35,495 nucleotides of DNA, taken from a virus. Its lineage: Duplodnaviria; Caudoviricetes. The position numbers and the translations under genes were made by a program. This document shows, one piece after another, positions 1 through 7,815 of this stretch. The notes below the pieces were generated by a model, which had not been told where the DNA came from, did no database searches, and saw only the letters and a list, made by a program, of their open reading frames with translations. Each line of letters opens with the position of its first letter. Positions within the stretch are counted from its first letter, which is position 1. The stretch spans positions 1 through 35,495 of IMG/VR virus record IMGVR_UViG_3300017721_001134. One strand, written 5' to 3'.

Positions 1-254
1 ACCATCACTTCTGTTTTGGGATCTTTCATTTGTCTTGCTTGATATTCGCCCAACATCATCTGTACCAGTTTGGAATTGGCAAAAGTTTCGCTTTGGGCAC
101 ACAAATTTTCTAAATGTGTGCGAGGTTGGATGCCGTTTGCTTTGGCATCATCACGGATCATTTTTTCAAAGTCTAATAACTTGTCCTTAGGTGTTTGTTT
201 CGGCTGTTTGGCTTTGTCCATGGAGTCGAATAAATTTGATAAGAAACTAGTCAT
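1..254 (-). CDS. hypothetical protein, truncated at window edge (MTSFLSNLFDSMDKAKQPK...)
   Basis: Not in ORF track. Read manually: ATG at 254, open to position 1, TAAATA 5 nt upstream (260-265). Confidence 0.75.
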   Translation of the reverse strand, partial: MTSFLSNLFDSMDKAKQPKQTPKDKLLDFEKMIRDDAKANGIQPRTHLENLCAQSETFANSKLVQMMLGEYQARQMKDPKTEVM

Positions 255-262
255 GTAGGTAT

Positions 263-478
263 TTATTCTGCGAGGACTTCTGTTCCGCCTGGGTTGACGG
301 TGAGTGTGTTGGCAGTGAAAGGCACTTTTCCGGTGTTTTTAACAACGATTCTTTTGACTGGCAGAGTCGTATCAGGAGTCAACAGTGTGTGCTTCCAAGG
401 CAATGTTTGATCTAGGAATAATTCATTATTCAAATACAGTTGTAAACTGGCTGGACATGAACCATGTATTTGAATCAT
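263..478 (-). CDS. hypothetical protein
   Basis: 71 aa; ATGA overlap with the upstream gene; fills the gap in a tiled minus-strand run. Confidence 0.6.
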   Translation of the reverse strand: MIQIHGSCPASLQLYLNNELFLDQTLPWKHTLLTPDTTLPVKRIVVKNTGKVPFTANTLTVNPGGTEVLAE

Positions 479-720
479 CGCTTGAGTAGTGGCCCACCAA
501 ACAGTGATGTGCCTTTCATATCAAGGGCATTGTCTGTGGGTTTTTGTTTTTTGGCTTTTGGTGGTCTAGGTGCTTTGGTTCCTGACTTACCAGGCGATCC
601 TGTGAATGATTTTTTCTTTCTGTCTTTGCCTATTGCTATGTGTGGACTGACCACAGTGGCAATATTTCCTGATGCAGTTGCACCTGCTGTGGCTTGTTCT
701 AATATTTCTTTGATACGCAT
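475..720 (-). CDS. small basic protein, probable head-internal protein
   Basis: 81 aa; N-terminus MRIKEILE (capsid-targeting-like); Lys/Pro-rich; TAAATA 5 nt upstream. Confidence 0.7.
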   Translation of the reverse strand: MRIKEILEQATAGATASGNIATVVSPHIAIGKDRKKKSFTGSPGKSGTKAPRPPKAKKQKPTDNALDMKGTSLFGGPLLKR

Positions 721-724
721 TATA

Positions 725-1513
725 CTATTTACTTTCCTTATTACCCATGATTAGGTCGAATTGCTTATAGTATTCTGGCAACGATTCTTTCATTTGGAAA
801 TTAAACACACTACGATCTATAAATTGCAACAGAGGTATATAACCAGTGACGTGCTGTTCAGTTTGTATGTTGTTGTCAGTGGATTGTGTATTCTTTCTTA
901 TGATCAAATTGGCATCGTTATCTGTTTCTGCTATCATTGAAACAGGATCAATCTGGTGCTTGTCATCTGTGTTATTAAGAATATAGTTTTCTTGTGTTAT
1001 GTCTTTGTCTTCAAATCCTTCTAACAACAATTTGTTTAACCCCTTGACATTTTTCAAAGGAGTTTGATTATCTAACATCACATATCCGCTACGCAGAGTT
1101 AATAATATTTGACATGGTTGTTCACCAAATATAAAATTTTTATCATTTTTCCATAATGTGTTTTTCAACCATCCTGCATCAGTATGATGCAACGAGTCAA
1201 CATGATATTGATACGGGTGTCCATTCACAAGAACTGCATACAATAACATGGCACTGCCTTCACCTTCTTTTGTGAAAACTGTTTTTGTGTTAACATCTCC
1301 TTGTGTTGCTATTTCGTCTCGTGATCGAGGCACAATTCTAAAAGTGTATTTGTATGTGCCATCTTCCTCATGTGTGATAGGCTTTGTCAAAATTAAACAA
1401 TCATGATGATGCCAGTAATATTCATCTATTAAGACATCGTTGCAATACAGTCTTATATCAGAGTAGCACAAACTTTCATTGGTATACAACATGAATTGAA
1501 CTTGATGTGCCAT
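725..1513 (-). CDS. hypothetical protein
   Basis: 262-aa ORF; TAATTA 5 nt upstream. Confidence 0.75.
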   Translation of the reverse strand: MAHQVQFMLYTNESLCYSDIRLYCNDVLIDEYYWHHHDCLILTKPITHEEDGTYKYTFRIVPRSRDEIATQGDVNTKTVFTKEGEGSAMLLYAVLVNGHPYQYHVDSLHHTDAGWLKNTLWKNDKNFIFGEQPCQILLTLRSGYVMLDNQTPLKNVKGLNKLLLEGFEDKDITQENYILNNTDDKHQIDPVSMIAETDNDANLIIRKNTQSTDNNIQTEQHVTGYIPLLQFIDRSVFNFQMKESLPEYYKQFDLIMGNKESK

Positions 1514-1521
1514 GTTGTTAA

Positions 1522-1842
1522 TTATTTTTTCTTTTTTCTGCCTCTACGCATATTGAGTTGCCAACGAGCCATGCGTCCTTTTTCTCCGCCTGCTTTGGCA
1601 TACTTTTGTAATTGTGCCATAGTGGCACCTTTGGGGATTCCTACTCTTTTTGATATACCTTTGCGTCCAGGCTTTTTGCCATCAGCAAAATTATCTTTAA
1701 ACATTACCTTATTGCCTTCTCCTCTACGAGGATCTTTGCTGATTGATTGATAATAAATTTTGCCATCCTTGCGTACTTTTTTAAGACCTAAAGGTTTTGC
1801 AGTGTGTGGCATTGGCTTGCCTATAAGTTCCATTAACTTCAT
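1522..1842 (-). CDS. small basic protein, probable head-internal protein
   Basis: 106 aa, K/R-rich, N-terminus MKLMELIG, ATGA-coupled to the upstream gene. Confidence 0.75.
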   Translation of the reverse strand: MKLMELIGKPMPHTAKPLGLKKVRKDGKIYYQSISKDPRRGEGNKVMFKDNFADGKKPGRKGISKRVGIPKGATMAQLQKYAKAGGEKGRMARWQLNMRRGRKKKK

Positions 1843-2159
1843 TTTTTCTTAGCCTTTGTTTTCTTTTTCATTGTGTTGATATATTTTCTATAAACTGCCG
1901 CTGGCCCTGCCTTGCCTGCCGCTTTGGCTCTTTGCTCCATGGCAACTGCCGCTTGTATTTTGTGTGCATGTGATCTTCCTGATTTACGTATTTTAGTAAT
2001 ACTTGATCGTGCTGTGGCTTCATCTTTGAAACCAAGTCCATGTATTGTGCCTTTAGGATCTTCATCAGTGTACAAATCAGAATGTTTTTTTGATTTGCGT
2101 TTTTGTCCTTTTTTCCTAGGAATACGTTTTCCTTCTAATATAATTTCTGATATTTTCAT
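1839..2159 (-). CDS. small basic phage protein (KHSDLYTDEDPKGTIHGLGF motif), probable head-internal protein
   Basis: Start moved to ATG 2159 (MKISEIILEG), which overlaps the stop of 2156..2278 as ATGA; very basic. Confidence 0.75.
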   Translation of the reverse strand: MKISEIILEGKRIPRKKGQKRKSKKHSDLYTDEDPKGTIHGLGFKDEATARSSITKIRKSGRSHAHKIQAAVAMEQRAKAAGKAGPAAVYRKYINTMKKKTKAKKK

Positions 2160-2278
2160 TTTTTCTTTTTCTTTCCAGCACAATGAGCCTTTTGTGAAAA
2201 CCCTTTTGGGTTATTACAGTCAATAGACCGTTTGTATTTTTTTGACCATTTTTCGTTAATGAACTCTTGTAATCTCAT
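2156..2278 (-). CDS. 40-aa basic protein MRLQEFINEKWSKKYKRSIDCNNPKGFSQKAHCAGKKKKK
   Basis: Not in ORF track. TAAATA (2284-2289) 5 nt before ATG; stop overlaps the next ATG; N-terminus resembles T4 internal-protein leader MKTYQEFIAE. Confidence 0.75.
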   Translation of the reverse strand: MRLQEFINEKWSKKYKRSIDCNNPKGFSQKAHCAGKKKKK

Positions 2279-2924
2279 CTATGTATTTAATTAATTGTTC
2301 GGCCCATTGTTTGTGTCCTTCTGCAGATGGATGTTCATCTTGATTACTCAACTGTAGGTTACAATACTGGCAAAATTCGTAATGACTGGTAGCAGGGTTG
2401 AATATCATCCTGTGATCTAGTGCATTAAACAATGTGTGATGATCTGGATATTTTATGTTTATTTGTGATATCAATCCAAAATACATCACATATGGAATAT
2501 CATTAATTTTTAGGTAGTTCTGTGTGTCCAACATCTGTGTAAGTTGTAGCAAAGAGTGATCTTGTTCAACATCCCATCCTTGTTGTGCTGACACAAACTT
2601 GGGTTGTTCATGTGTGCTCCATGTACGCCACGTGGTTGAATATCCCTGCATTGGCTTGTATCCATCATCAGTAGGATAATCTCTTCGTCCAGGAGATGAC
2701 CATTGTATCACAGCAAATGTATCTTTTTTGCGTTCTGGATTTTGTTCAAAGAAAAGTTTAGTTGTGTCACATATTCTTCTGTTGCCTCTACCCCCACGGG
2801 CAAAATTGTATAAGGTAGCCCCATAGTGATCCGCTATTTCTTTACCTACCCATGTTTTACATTCTTTACCCCACTTTTTACGGGGGCCGTTGAAAGAACA
2901 TCCATTGACAAAAAGGTTTCGCAT
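2256..2924 (-). CDS. SGNH/GDSL hydrolase-like protein
   Basis: N-terminal GCSF (block I-like), NFARGGRGN (block II-like), C-terminal DEHPSAEGH (DxHP block V-like). Confidence 0.65.
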   Translation of the reverse strand: MRNLFVNGCSFNGPRKKWGKECKTWVGKEIADHYGATLYNFARGGRGNRRICDTTKLFFEQNPERKKDTFAVIQWSSPGRRDYPTDDGYKPMQGYSTTWRTWSTHEQPKFVSAQQGWDVEQDHSLLQLTQMLDTQNYLKINDIPYVMYFGLISQINIKYPDHHTLFNALDHRMIFNPATSHYEFCQYCNLQLSNQDEHPSAEGHKQWAEQLIKYIDEITRVH

Positions 2925-2929
2925 CGTTA

Positions 2930-2945
2930 TATTTAAAAGTAAATA
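2930..2945. promoter_or_regulatory. back-to-back divergent TAAATA late-type promoters
   Basis: TATTTA 2930-2935 (minus-strand TAAATA, 5 nt from ATG 2924) and TAAATA 2940-2945 (8 nt from ATG 2954) in a 29-bp gap. Confidence 0.7.
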
Positions 2946-2953
2946 AAGTTACT

Positions 2954-4132
2954 ATGGCAGTAAAAGAAAAAGTAGAGTTTGCAAAAATTGTAGTAAAAGA
3001 TCAAGCATTCAAAGTGAACAAAACTTATCAAATGTCACTGAGTGGTAAAAACTCTATGACCAAAGATCCAGCATACAATGCCGCAAATCCTAGACATTTT
3101 ATTCCAATGATGGACGAAGACAGATATGGCGAACGTTCTGATGCATTTGACAAGATTATTAGTGCCACACATAAACATTTTTGGGATCCAAATGATACAA
3201 AATACATTGATTACTCTACTCCATTTGATTCTGAAAACAATCACATATGCGATCCCAGAGTGTTTTGCATGGAATTGCGTATTCCTAGCATCGCAGACAA
3301 ACTGGACGACAAACAAAAAATTAAACTCAGTAATGAAAGTTTTAGATGGGTGCTGTCACAGATACTGCATGGAGAACAAGGAGCATTAAGTTTAAGTGCT
3401 AGTCTTTGCCATGTGTTAAAAGATCCAGGAGCACAGGAATATGCGGCCAATCAAACCAGAGAAGAAGCAAGACATGTTCTTGGCTTTACAAAATACATAG
3501 AAGCACGTTGGGGTAAACCATACAGAGTTGGACCAACACTTGGAAGAGTGCTGAACAGCATTGTATCATCTGATCAAGTGTACAAAAAAATTGTTGGAAT
3601 GCAGATGCTAATTGAAGGATTGGCTATGGGTGCGTTTGCAATGGCTCATGAAGATACAAATGATCCTTTGTTAAAAACACTTTTAAAATACACAATGAGT
3701 GATGAAGCATTTCATCATAAGTTTGGAAAAATTTGGGCAGACAGAACCATTCCAAAACTATCTGAGTCAGAACATCATAAAGTAGAAGATTGGTCAGAAT
3801 CACTGTTCACTAACTTATTGTTTAATCTGGTCAATCCATGGGAAAAGAAAGAAATATATGAAAGTGTAGGTTTGGATCATAAATGGGTGGCACAAGAGTT
3901 TATAGCAGGATTAGACAGAGATGAAGTTGCTAAAACTGAAATGAGACAACAAAATAATATATTCCGCGTGTTAGTAAAAACATTATTGAAAGCACACATT
4001 ATAACTGACAGAACAAAGTCAACCTATGCTGAGTATGTTGATATGGAAGAACTGCACCAAGAAGATGATGAAGTAGCAGGCACTGACATAGCAAACAAAG
4101 GCATAAAGATATTACAGAAAATAAACACATGA
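2954..4132 (+). CDS. ferritin-like diiron-carboxylate protein (AurF-like oxygenase/desaturase superfamily)
   Basis: Diiron ligand pattern HGEQGA...EEARH...IEGLA...DEAFHH (E, ExxH, E, ExxH). Confidence 0.8.
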   Translation: MAVKEKVEFAKIVVKDQAFKVNKTYQMSLSGKNSMTKDPAYNAANPRHFIPMMDEDRYGERSDAFDKIISATHKHFWDPNDTKYIDYSTPFDSENNHICDPRVFCMELRIPSIADKLDDKQKIKLSNESFRWVLSQILHGEQGALSLSASLCHVLKDPGAQEYAANQTREEARHVLGFTKYIEARWGKPYRVGPTLGRVLNSIVSSDQVYKKIVGMQMLIEGLAMGAFAMAHEDTNDPLLKTLLKYTMSDEAFHHKFGKIWADRTIPKLSESEHHKVEDWSESLFTNLLFNLVNPWEKKEIYESVGLDHKWVAQEFIAGLDRDEVAKTEMRQQNNIFRVLVKTLLKAHIITDRTKSTYAEYVDMEELHQEDDEVAGTDIANKGIKILQKINT

Positions 4133-4226
4133 TCAAACCTGTACGCATTGGTGGCATGATGGTTACAAGCACATATAAAAATGCCCCGATACACAGGATA
4201 CTAGCACTAGAAAAAGGAAACAAAAA

Positions 4227-5438
4227 ATGGACACAACATTCTCAAAAGAAGACCTCGACTTCCAACAAGAAGTAAGATCATTTATCAAAGACAACTATCC
4301 ACAAGAGTTGCAAGATTCTATTGCAGAAAAGAAAAAATTAGGTCAAGAGCCAAACAAAAAAGAACTGATGGCTTGGCATAAAATATTAGGTGCTCACAAA
4401 GGATGGTCAGCTCCAGGATGGCCAACACAGTATGGTGGAGCAGGATTTACTGCCACACAGAAATACATCTTTGAACAAGAAATGGCTCGGGCAGAATGTC
4501 AATTTGTAATGCCGTTTGGCCCTGTAATGTGTGCCCCTGTAATTTACACCTTTGGTACACAAGAACAAAAAGATAGATTCCTTCCTGGCATTCTTTCAGG
4601 AGAAGACTTTTGGTGTCAAGGATATTCAGAACCTGGAGCAGGATCAGATCTTGCAAGTTTGAAGACCACAGCAGACCTTTCGGAAGATGGCACACACTAT
4701 ATTGTTAACGGACAAAAGACTTGGACTACATTGGCACAACATGCCGATTGGATTTTCTGTTTGGTACGCACAGACAAACATGCTGACAAACCTCAAAAGG
4801 GTATTTCATTTTTGCTTATTGATATGAAGACGCCGGGTATTGAAGTGCGTCCTATCTATTTGATGGATGGCACCCACGAAGTAAACGAAACATGGTTTGA
4901 AAATGTCAAAGTGCCTGTTGAGAATAGAATAGGTGAAGAAAACATGGGTTGGAACTATGCTAAGTTTTTACTTGCAAATGAAAGATCGGGTATAGCAGGA
5001 GTGGCAAGATCACAAAAAGCAGTTCAACGAATCAAAGAGATTGCCGCATATGAAAAAAGTTATGGTGAACCGTTAATACAAGATCCTGCTTTTGCTAGGA
5101 AGATTGCTGAAGTAGAACTTGAATTGAAAGCACTTGAATATACAGAACTTAGATCGTTGTCCAAAGAGGCGGCCGGAAAAGGCCCTGGTGCTGAATCTTC
5201 ACTGTTAAAAATTAAAGGTACAGATATACAACAGGCATGCACTGAACTGGCCATGGAAGCAGTGGGATATTATGCCAATCCATGGATACAAGAAAGATCA
5301 GGATCTAATTTCAGTGTTGGAGCAGATCACACTATTGACAGATCAGGGCAATATTTCAACTTTAGAAAAGCATCAATATATGGTGGATCTAATGAAATAC
5401 AACGGAATATTATCGCTAAAATGATATTGGGTCTCTAG
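4227..5438 (+). CDS. acyl-CoA dehydrogenase (PimC/FadE large-subunit type)
   Basis: WCQGYSEPGAGSDLASLKT, NGQKTWTT, GISFLLIDM, LANER, SIYGGSNEIQRNII motifs; AAGGA SD upstream. Confidence 0.93.
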   Translation: MDTTFSKEDLDFQQEVRSFIKDNYPQELQDSIAEKKKLGQEPNKKELMAWHKILGAHKGWSAPGWPTQYGGAGFTATQKYIFEQEMARAECQFVMPFGPVMCAPVIYTFGTQEQKDRFLPGILSGEDFWCQGYSEPGAGSDLASLKTTADLSEDGTHYIVNGQKTWTTLAQHADWIFCLVRTDKHADKPQKGISFLLIDMKTPGIEVRPIYLMDGTHEVNETWFENVKVPVENRIGEENMGWNYAKFLLANERSGIAGVARSQKAVQRIKEIAAYEKSYGEPLIQDPAFARKIAEVELELKALEYTELRSLSKEAAGKGPGAESSLLKIKGTDIQQACTELAMEAVGYYANPWIQERSGSNFSVGADHTIDRSGQYFNFRKASIYGGSNEIQRNIIAKMILGL

Positions 5439-5466
5439 TTGACATTTTACCAAAATATAGTATAAT
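5439..5466 (+). promoter_or_regulatory. sigma70 consensus promoter
   Basis: TTGACA-N16-TATAAT; ATG 6 nt after the -10 box. Confidence 0.8.
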
Positions 5467-5472
5467 AATGGT

Positions 5473-5724
5473 ATGGGTAAACATTTAAAAACATCAATGG
5501 ACGAGAAGGTTATAGACTATCTAGCAATAGAACTATACAAACTTGATCCTGAAAATGCTGTGCTGAATAAGTTTTTAGGCATGGACAATTTCGAAGGTAC
5601 AGAACTTCAAAAAACATTAAGAGAATACAAAAAGACTGGTAAGTTTCCAGATCATTACAACACAGATGGTACTTGGAAATATCCTAGCGGTAGGATCAGT
5701 ATGGAAGATTTTTTAAAGAAATAA
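5473..5724 (+). CDS. hypothetical protein (likely early gene)
   Basis: 83 aa directly after a consensus sigma70 promoter. Confidence 0.75.
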   Translation: MGKHLKTSMDEKVIDYLAIELYKLDPENAVLNKFLGMDNFEGTELQKTLREYKKTGKFPDHYNTDGTWKYPSGRISMEDFLKK

Positions 5725-5907
5725 TTATTCTGCTGGAACTTCTTCTACAGGAGTTTCAGTAGGTGCTTCAACAACTTCTGGTTCGATGGCATCTTGTGCC
5801 ATAAACGTTTCTTTTTCAACATTGAGTATGTCTTGGAAAGCCTCTTTGGCTTTGTCTTCATTTTTATTAACTAGATGATCTAACATCTCGTGCCATTTGT
5901 CTGACAT
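5725..5907 (-). CDS. small acidic protein, possible prohead-core-like
   Basis: Start moved to ATG 5907 (MSDKWHEMLDHLVNKNEDKAKEAF), preceded by AGGAGA; acidic E/P tail. Function is inference. Confidence 0.65.
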   Translation of the reverse strand: MSDKWHEMLDHLVNKNEDKAKEAFQDILNVEKETFMAQDAIEPEVVEAPTETPVEEVPAE

Positions 5908-5908
5908 A

Positions 5909-6178
5909 TTATTCTCCTGTTTGTGATAAAGATATTGTGTATCGCTTGCCGTTGAATGTAAACGAATCATCTGCAGGATCAAATTCTGCACCCATTGTCT
6001 TTAATGATTCTTCAATATGATTTTTCACAGTATCAATTTCTTCTTCTATTTTTACAAACACTTCTTCTTTGTCTTGGATGGCATTCATTATCCTGCCTGC
6101 TTGTGCATCAGTTGTGGATGCTCCTAAGCCATCAAGTTTGTTTGCTAAGTCTTTAAGAAAAGTTCCTTCTTTACTCAC
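5909..6178 (-). CDS. hypothetical protein
   Basis: 89-aa ORF overlapping the upstream stop. Confidence 0.7.
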   Translation of the reverse strand: MSKEGTFLKDLANKLDGLGASTTDAQAGRIMNAIQDKEEVFVKIEEEIDTVKNHIEESLKTMGAEFDPADDSFTFNGKRYTISLSQTGE

Positions 6179-7778
6179 TGCGTACTACCTCACAATTTCC
6201 AAATTCATTTGATACTGAACCAAACATATCAGCACCTAGTTCTTCGTACATAGCTTTGATTGAATCAATTGCTGTTACTTGATCTTCAAAAAAGTTTGGT
6301 TGATCTAGATTCAAAGAATTTAATTTATGTTTAAGTGGATATGTTCCGTTACCGTCTTTTGATAGATATGGAACTTCTCCAGCACCAAGTTGTCCTGTAA
6401 TTTTGCCTTCTACTACATGATATGCAACTGAGTATGCTGTTGGTGTGCCTTCCCATGAACCATCTTCTGCAACTAATCCATCTTCGCCTTTTTCGATCAC
6501 GTTAGCAACAACAAATCTTGTGCCATCATATAATGTTTCGTCAGCGATAATTTTTGCTGAAGCAGTCAACCCTAGTGATTCTTGTACACCACCAATTAAC
6601 ATTAATTCATATTGCTTGTTTAATTCTGCAATAAGTTCATCAGTGTCAACATCTTCTTTTTTCATGCCTTTTTCTTTTTTGTCTTTGGCCGCTTTTTTCA
6701 TTGGCTCTTTTTTGTCACCATCACCATCTATATCAATATAGTCTGGTTTTGCTTTTGCTTCTGGAAGTGGATTGTCACCTCTAGATGCCGCTGATGGTCC
6801 CATGTCTTTGTTGTTCACTGTGTTTCTTTTCAATTCGAAATCTGATTGATCATGAAATTTTTCGTCAGGCTCATTTGCGTATGCTTCTGCTTCTGGCTCT
6901 TGGTCCATGTCAGGCATCTCTGCTCCTGGCATTTCAGGTTTACCCATGCTTGGCATTTCTGGTTGACCCATTTGTTTCATCATTGATGGATCAATACCTG
7001 CATTTTTTAATATTGTCATTAGAGCAATTTGATCTTCTAATGAGTCAGTTTGTATTTGAATACCTTCGCTAATTCTTTCTTTTCTTGACTCGTCAACTTC
7101 TTCAGACTCATCTTCTTTTTCTTCTTTATCTTTAATAGCCTTTTGTAATTTAGGAGGTAATTTTTCTTGTTTCTTTGTAAGTTCGTCTATTTCGTCATCA
7201 GCAACAACTTCTTCATCACCTTCTGGTGCTTGGTCGTTGGCATCTTGAATTACTTTTGCGTTCTCTTTAGTAATCAAAAGGAATTGATCATCTTCCATTT
7301 GTACTTTAGATTCATTTGAAAATTTGTTGTAAACATCAACTAGTGTAGAAGCATCTGCTTCTGCCGCCCATGCTGACATTCCTTCTATAAATGCTTTTCT
7401 GAATGACTCATCGTCCATCATTGCATCTTGTCTTTCTTGTACTTTTAGATCAGCCAACTGTGCTTCCAGTCCAGCAATTTGATCTATTCTTTTGCTCTCA
7501 CTCATTGTGGATTCTCCTTGTTGTGCTGATTCTATTCCTAGTTCGGCTTTTTCTTTTTGTTTTGCGTACCAAATAGATAGGCTAGATTCACCATGTTTTT
7601 TGATAAATTCTGCTTTGCTCATATGCTCAGCATCTTCTTCTTGTCCGATGACCATATCTTTCACTTTGCCTTCTTCAATCTCTTGTTTGATCTTGTCTTC
7701 GTAAGTTTGAGGCTGTGATAGTACATTTACTGCGTTTAAAGACTTACGCATCATGGATATGTATTGCTCTTTTGACAT
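6171..7778 (-). CDS. acidic, modular low-complexity protein, probable prohead core/scaffold or internal head protein
   Basis: Start moved to ATG 7778 (MSKEQY), 5 nt after TAAATA; E/D/K-rich, PEMP repeats, DIDGDGD motif. Confidence 0.7.
   Translation of the reverse strand: MSKEQYISMMRKSLNAVNVLSQPQTYEDKIKQEIEEGKVKDMVIGQEEDAEHMSKAEFIKKHGESSLSIWYAKQKEKAELGIESAQQGESTMSESKRIDQIAGLEAQLADLKVQERQDAMMDDESFRKAFIEGMSAWAAEADASTLVDVYNKFSNESKVQMEDDQFLLITKENAKVIQDANDQAPEGDEEVVADDEIDELTKKQEKLPPKLQKAIKDKEEKEDESEEVDESRKERISEGIQIQTDSLEDQIALMTILKNAGIDPSMMKQMGQPEMPSMGKPEMPGAEMPDMDQEPEAEAYANEPDEKFHDQSDFELKRNTVNNKDMGPSAASRGDNPLPEAKAKPDYIDIDGDGDKKEPMKKAAKDKKEKGMKKEDVDTDELIAELNKQYELMLIGGVQESLGLTASAKIIADETLYDGTRFVVANVIEKGEDGLVAEDGSWEGTPTAYSVAYHVVEGKITGQLGAGEVPYLSKDGNGTYPLKHKLNSLNLDQPNFFEDQVTAIDSIKAMYEELGADMFGSVSNEFGNCEVVRSE
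6928..6971 (-). repeat. 24-bp imperfect tandem repeat (MGQPEMPS/MGKPEMPG)
   Basis: ggcatttcaggtttacccat at 6928 and ggcatttctggttgacccat at 6952. Confidence 0.6.
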
Positions 7779-7815
7779 ATGTTTATTTATTACTATCGCT
7801 ATGCTTGAAGATAGT

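Noticed and set aside
4129-4275. 48-aa ORF starting at the ATGA overlap with the diiron gene stop; possible frameshift into the ACAD
   Set aside because: Overlaps the ACAD start out of frame; the ACAD has its own SD and a normal N-terminus; no canonical slippery heptamer in frame. Cannot be fully excluded.
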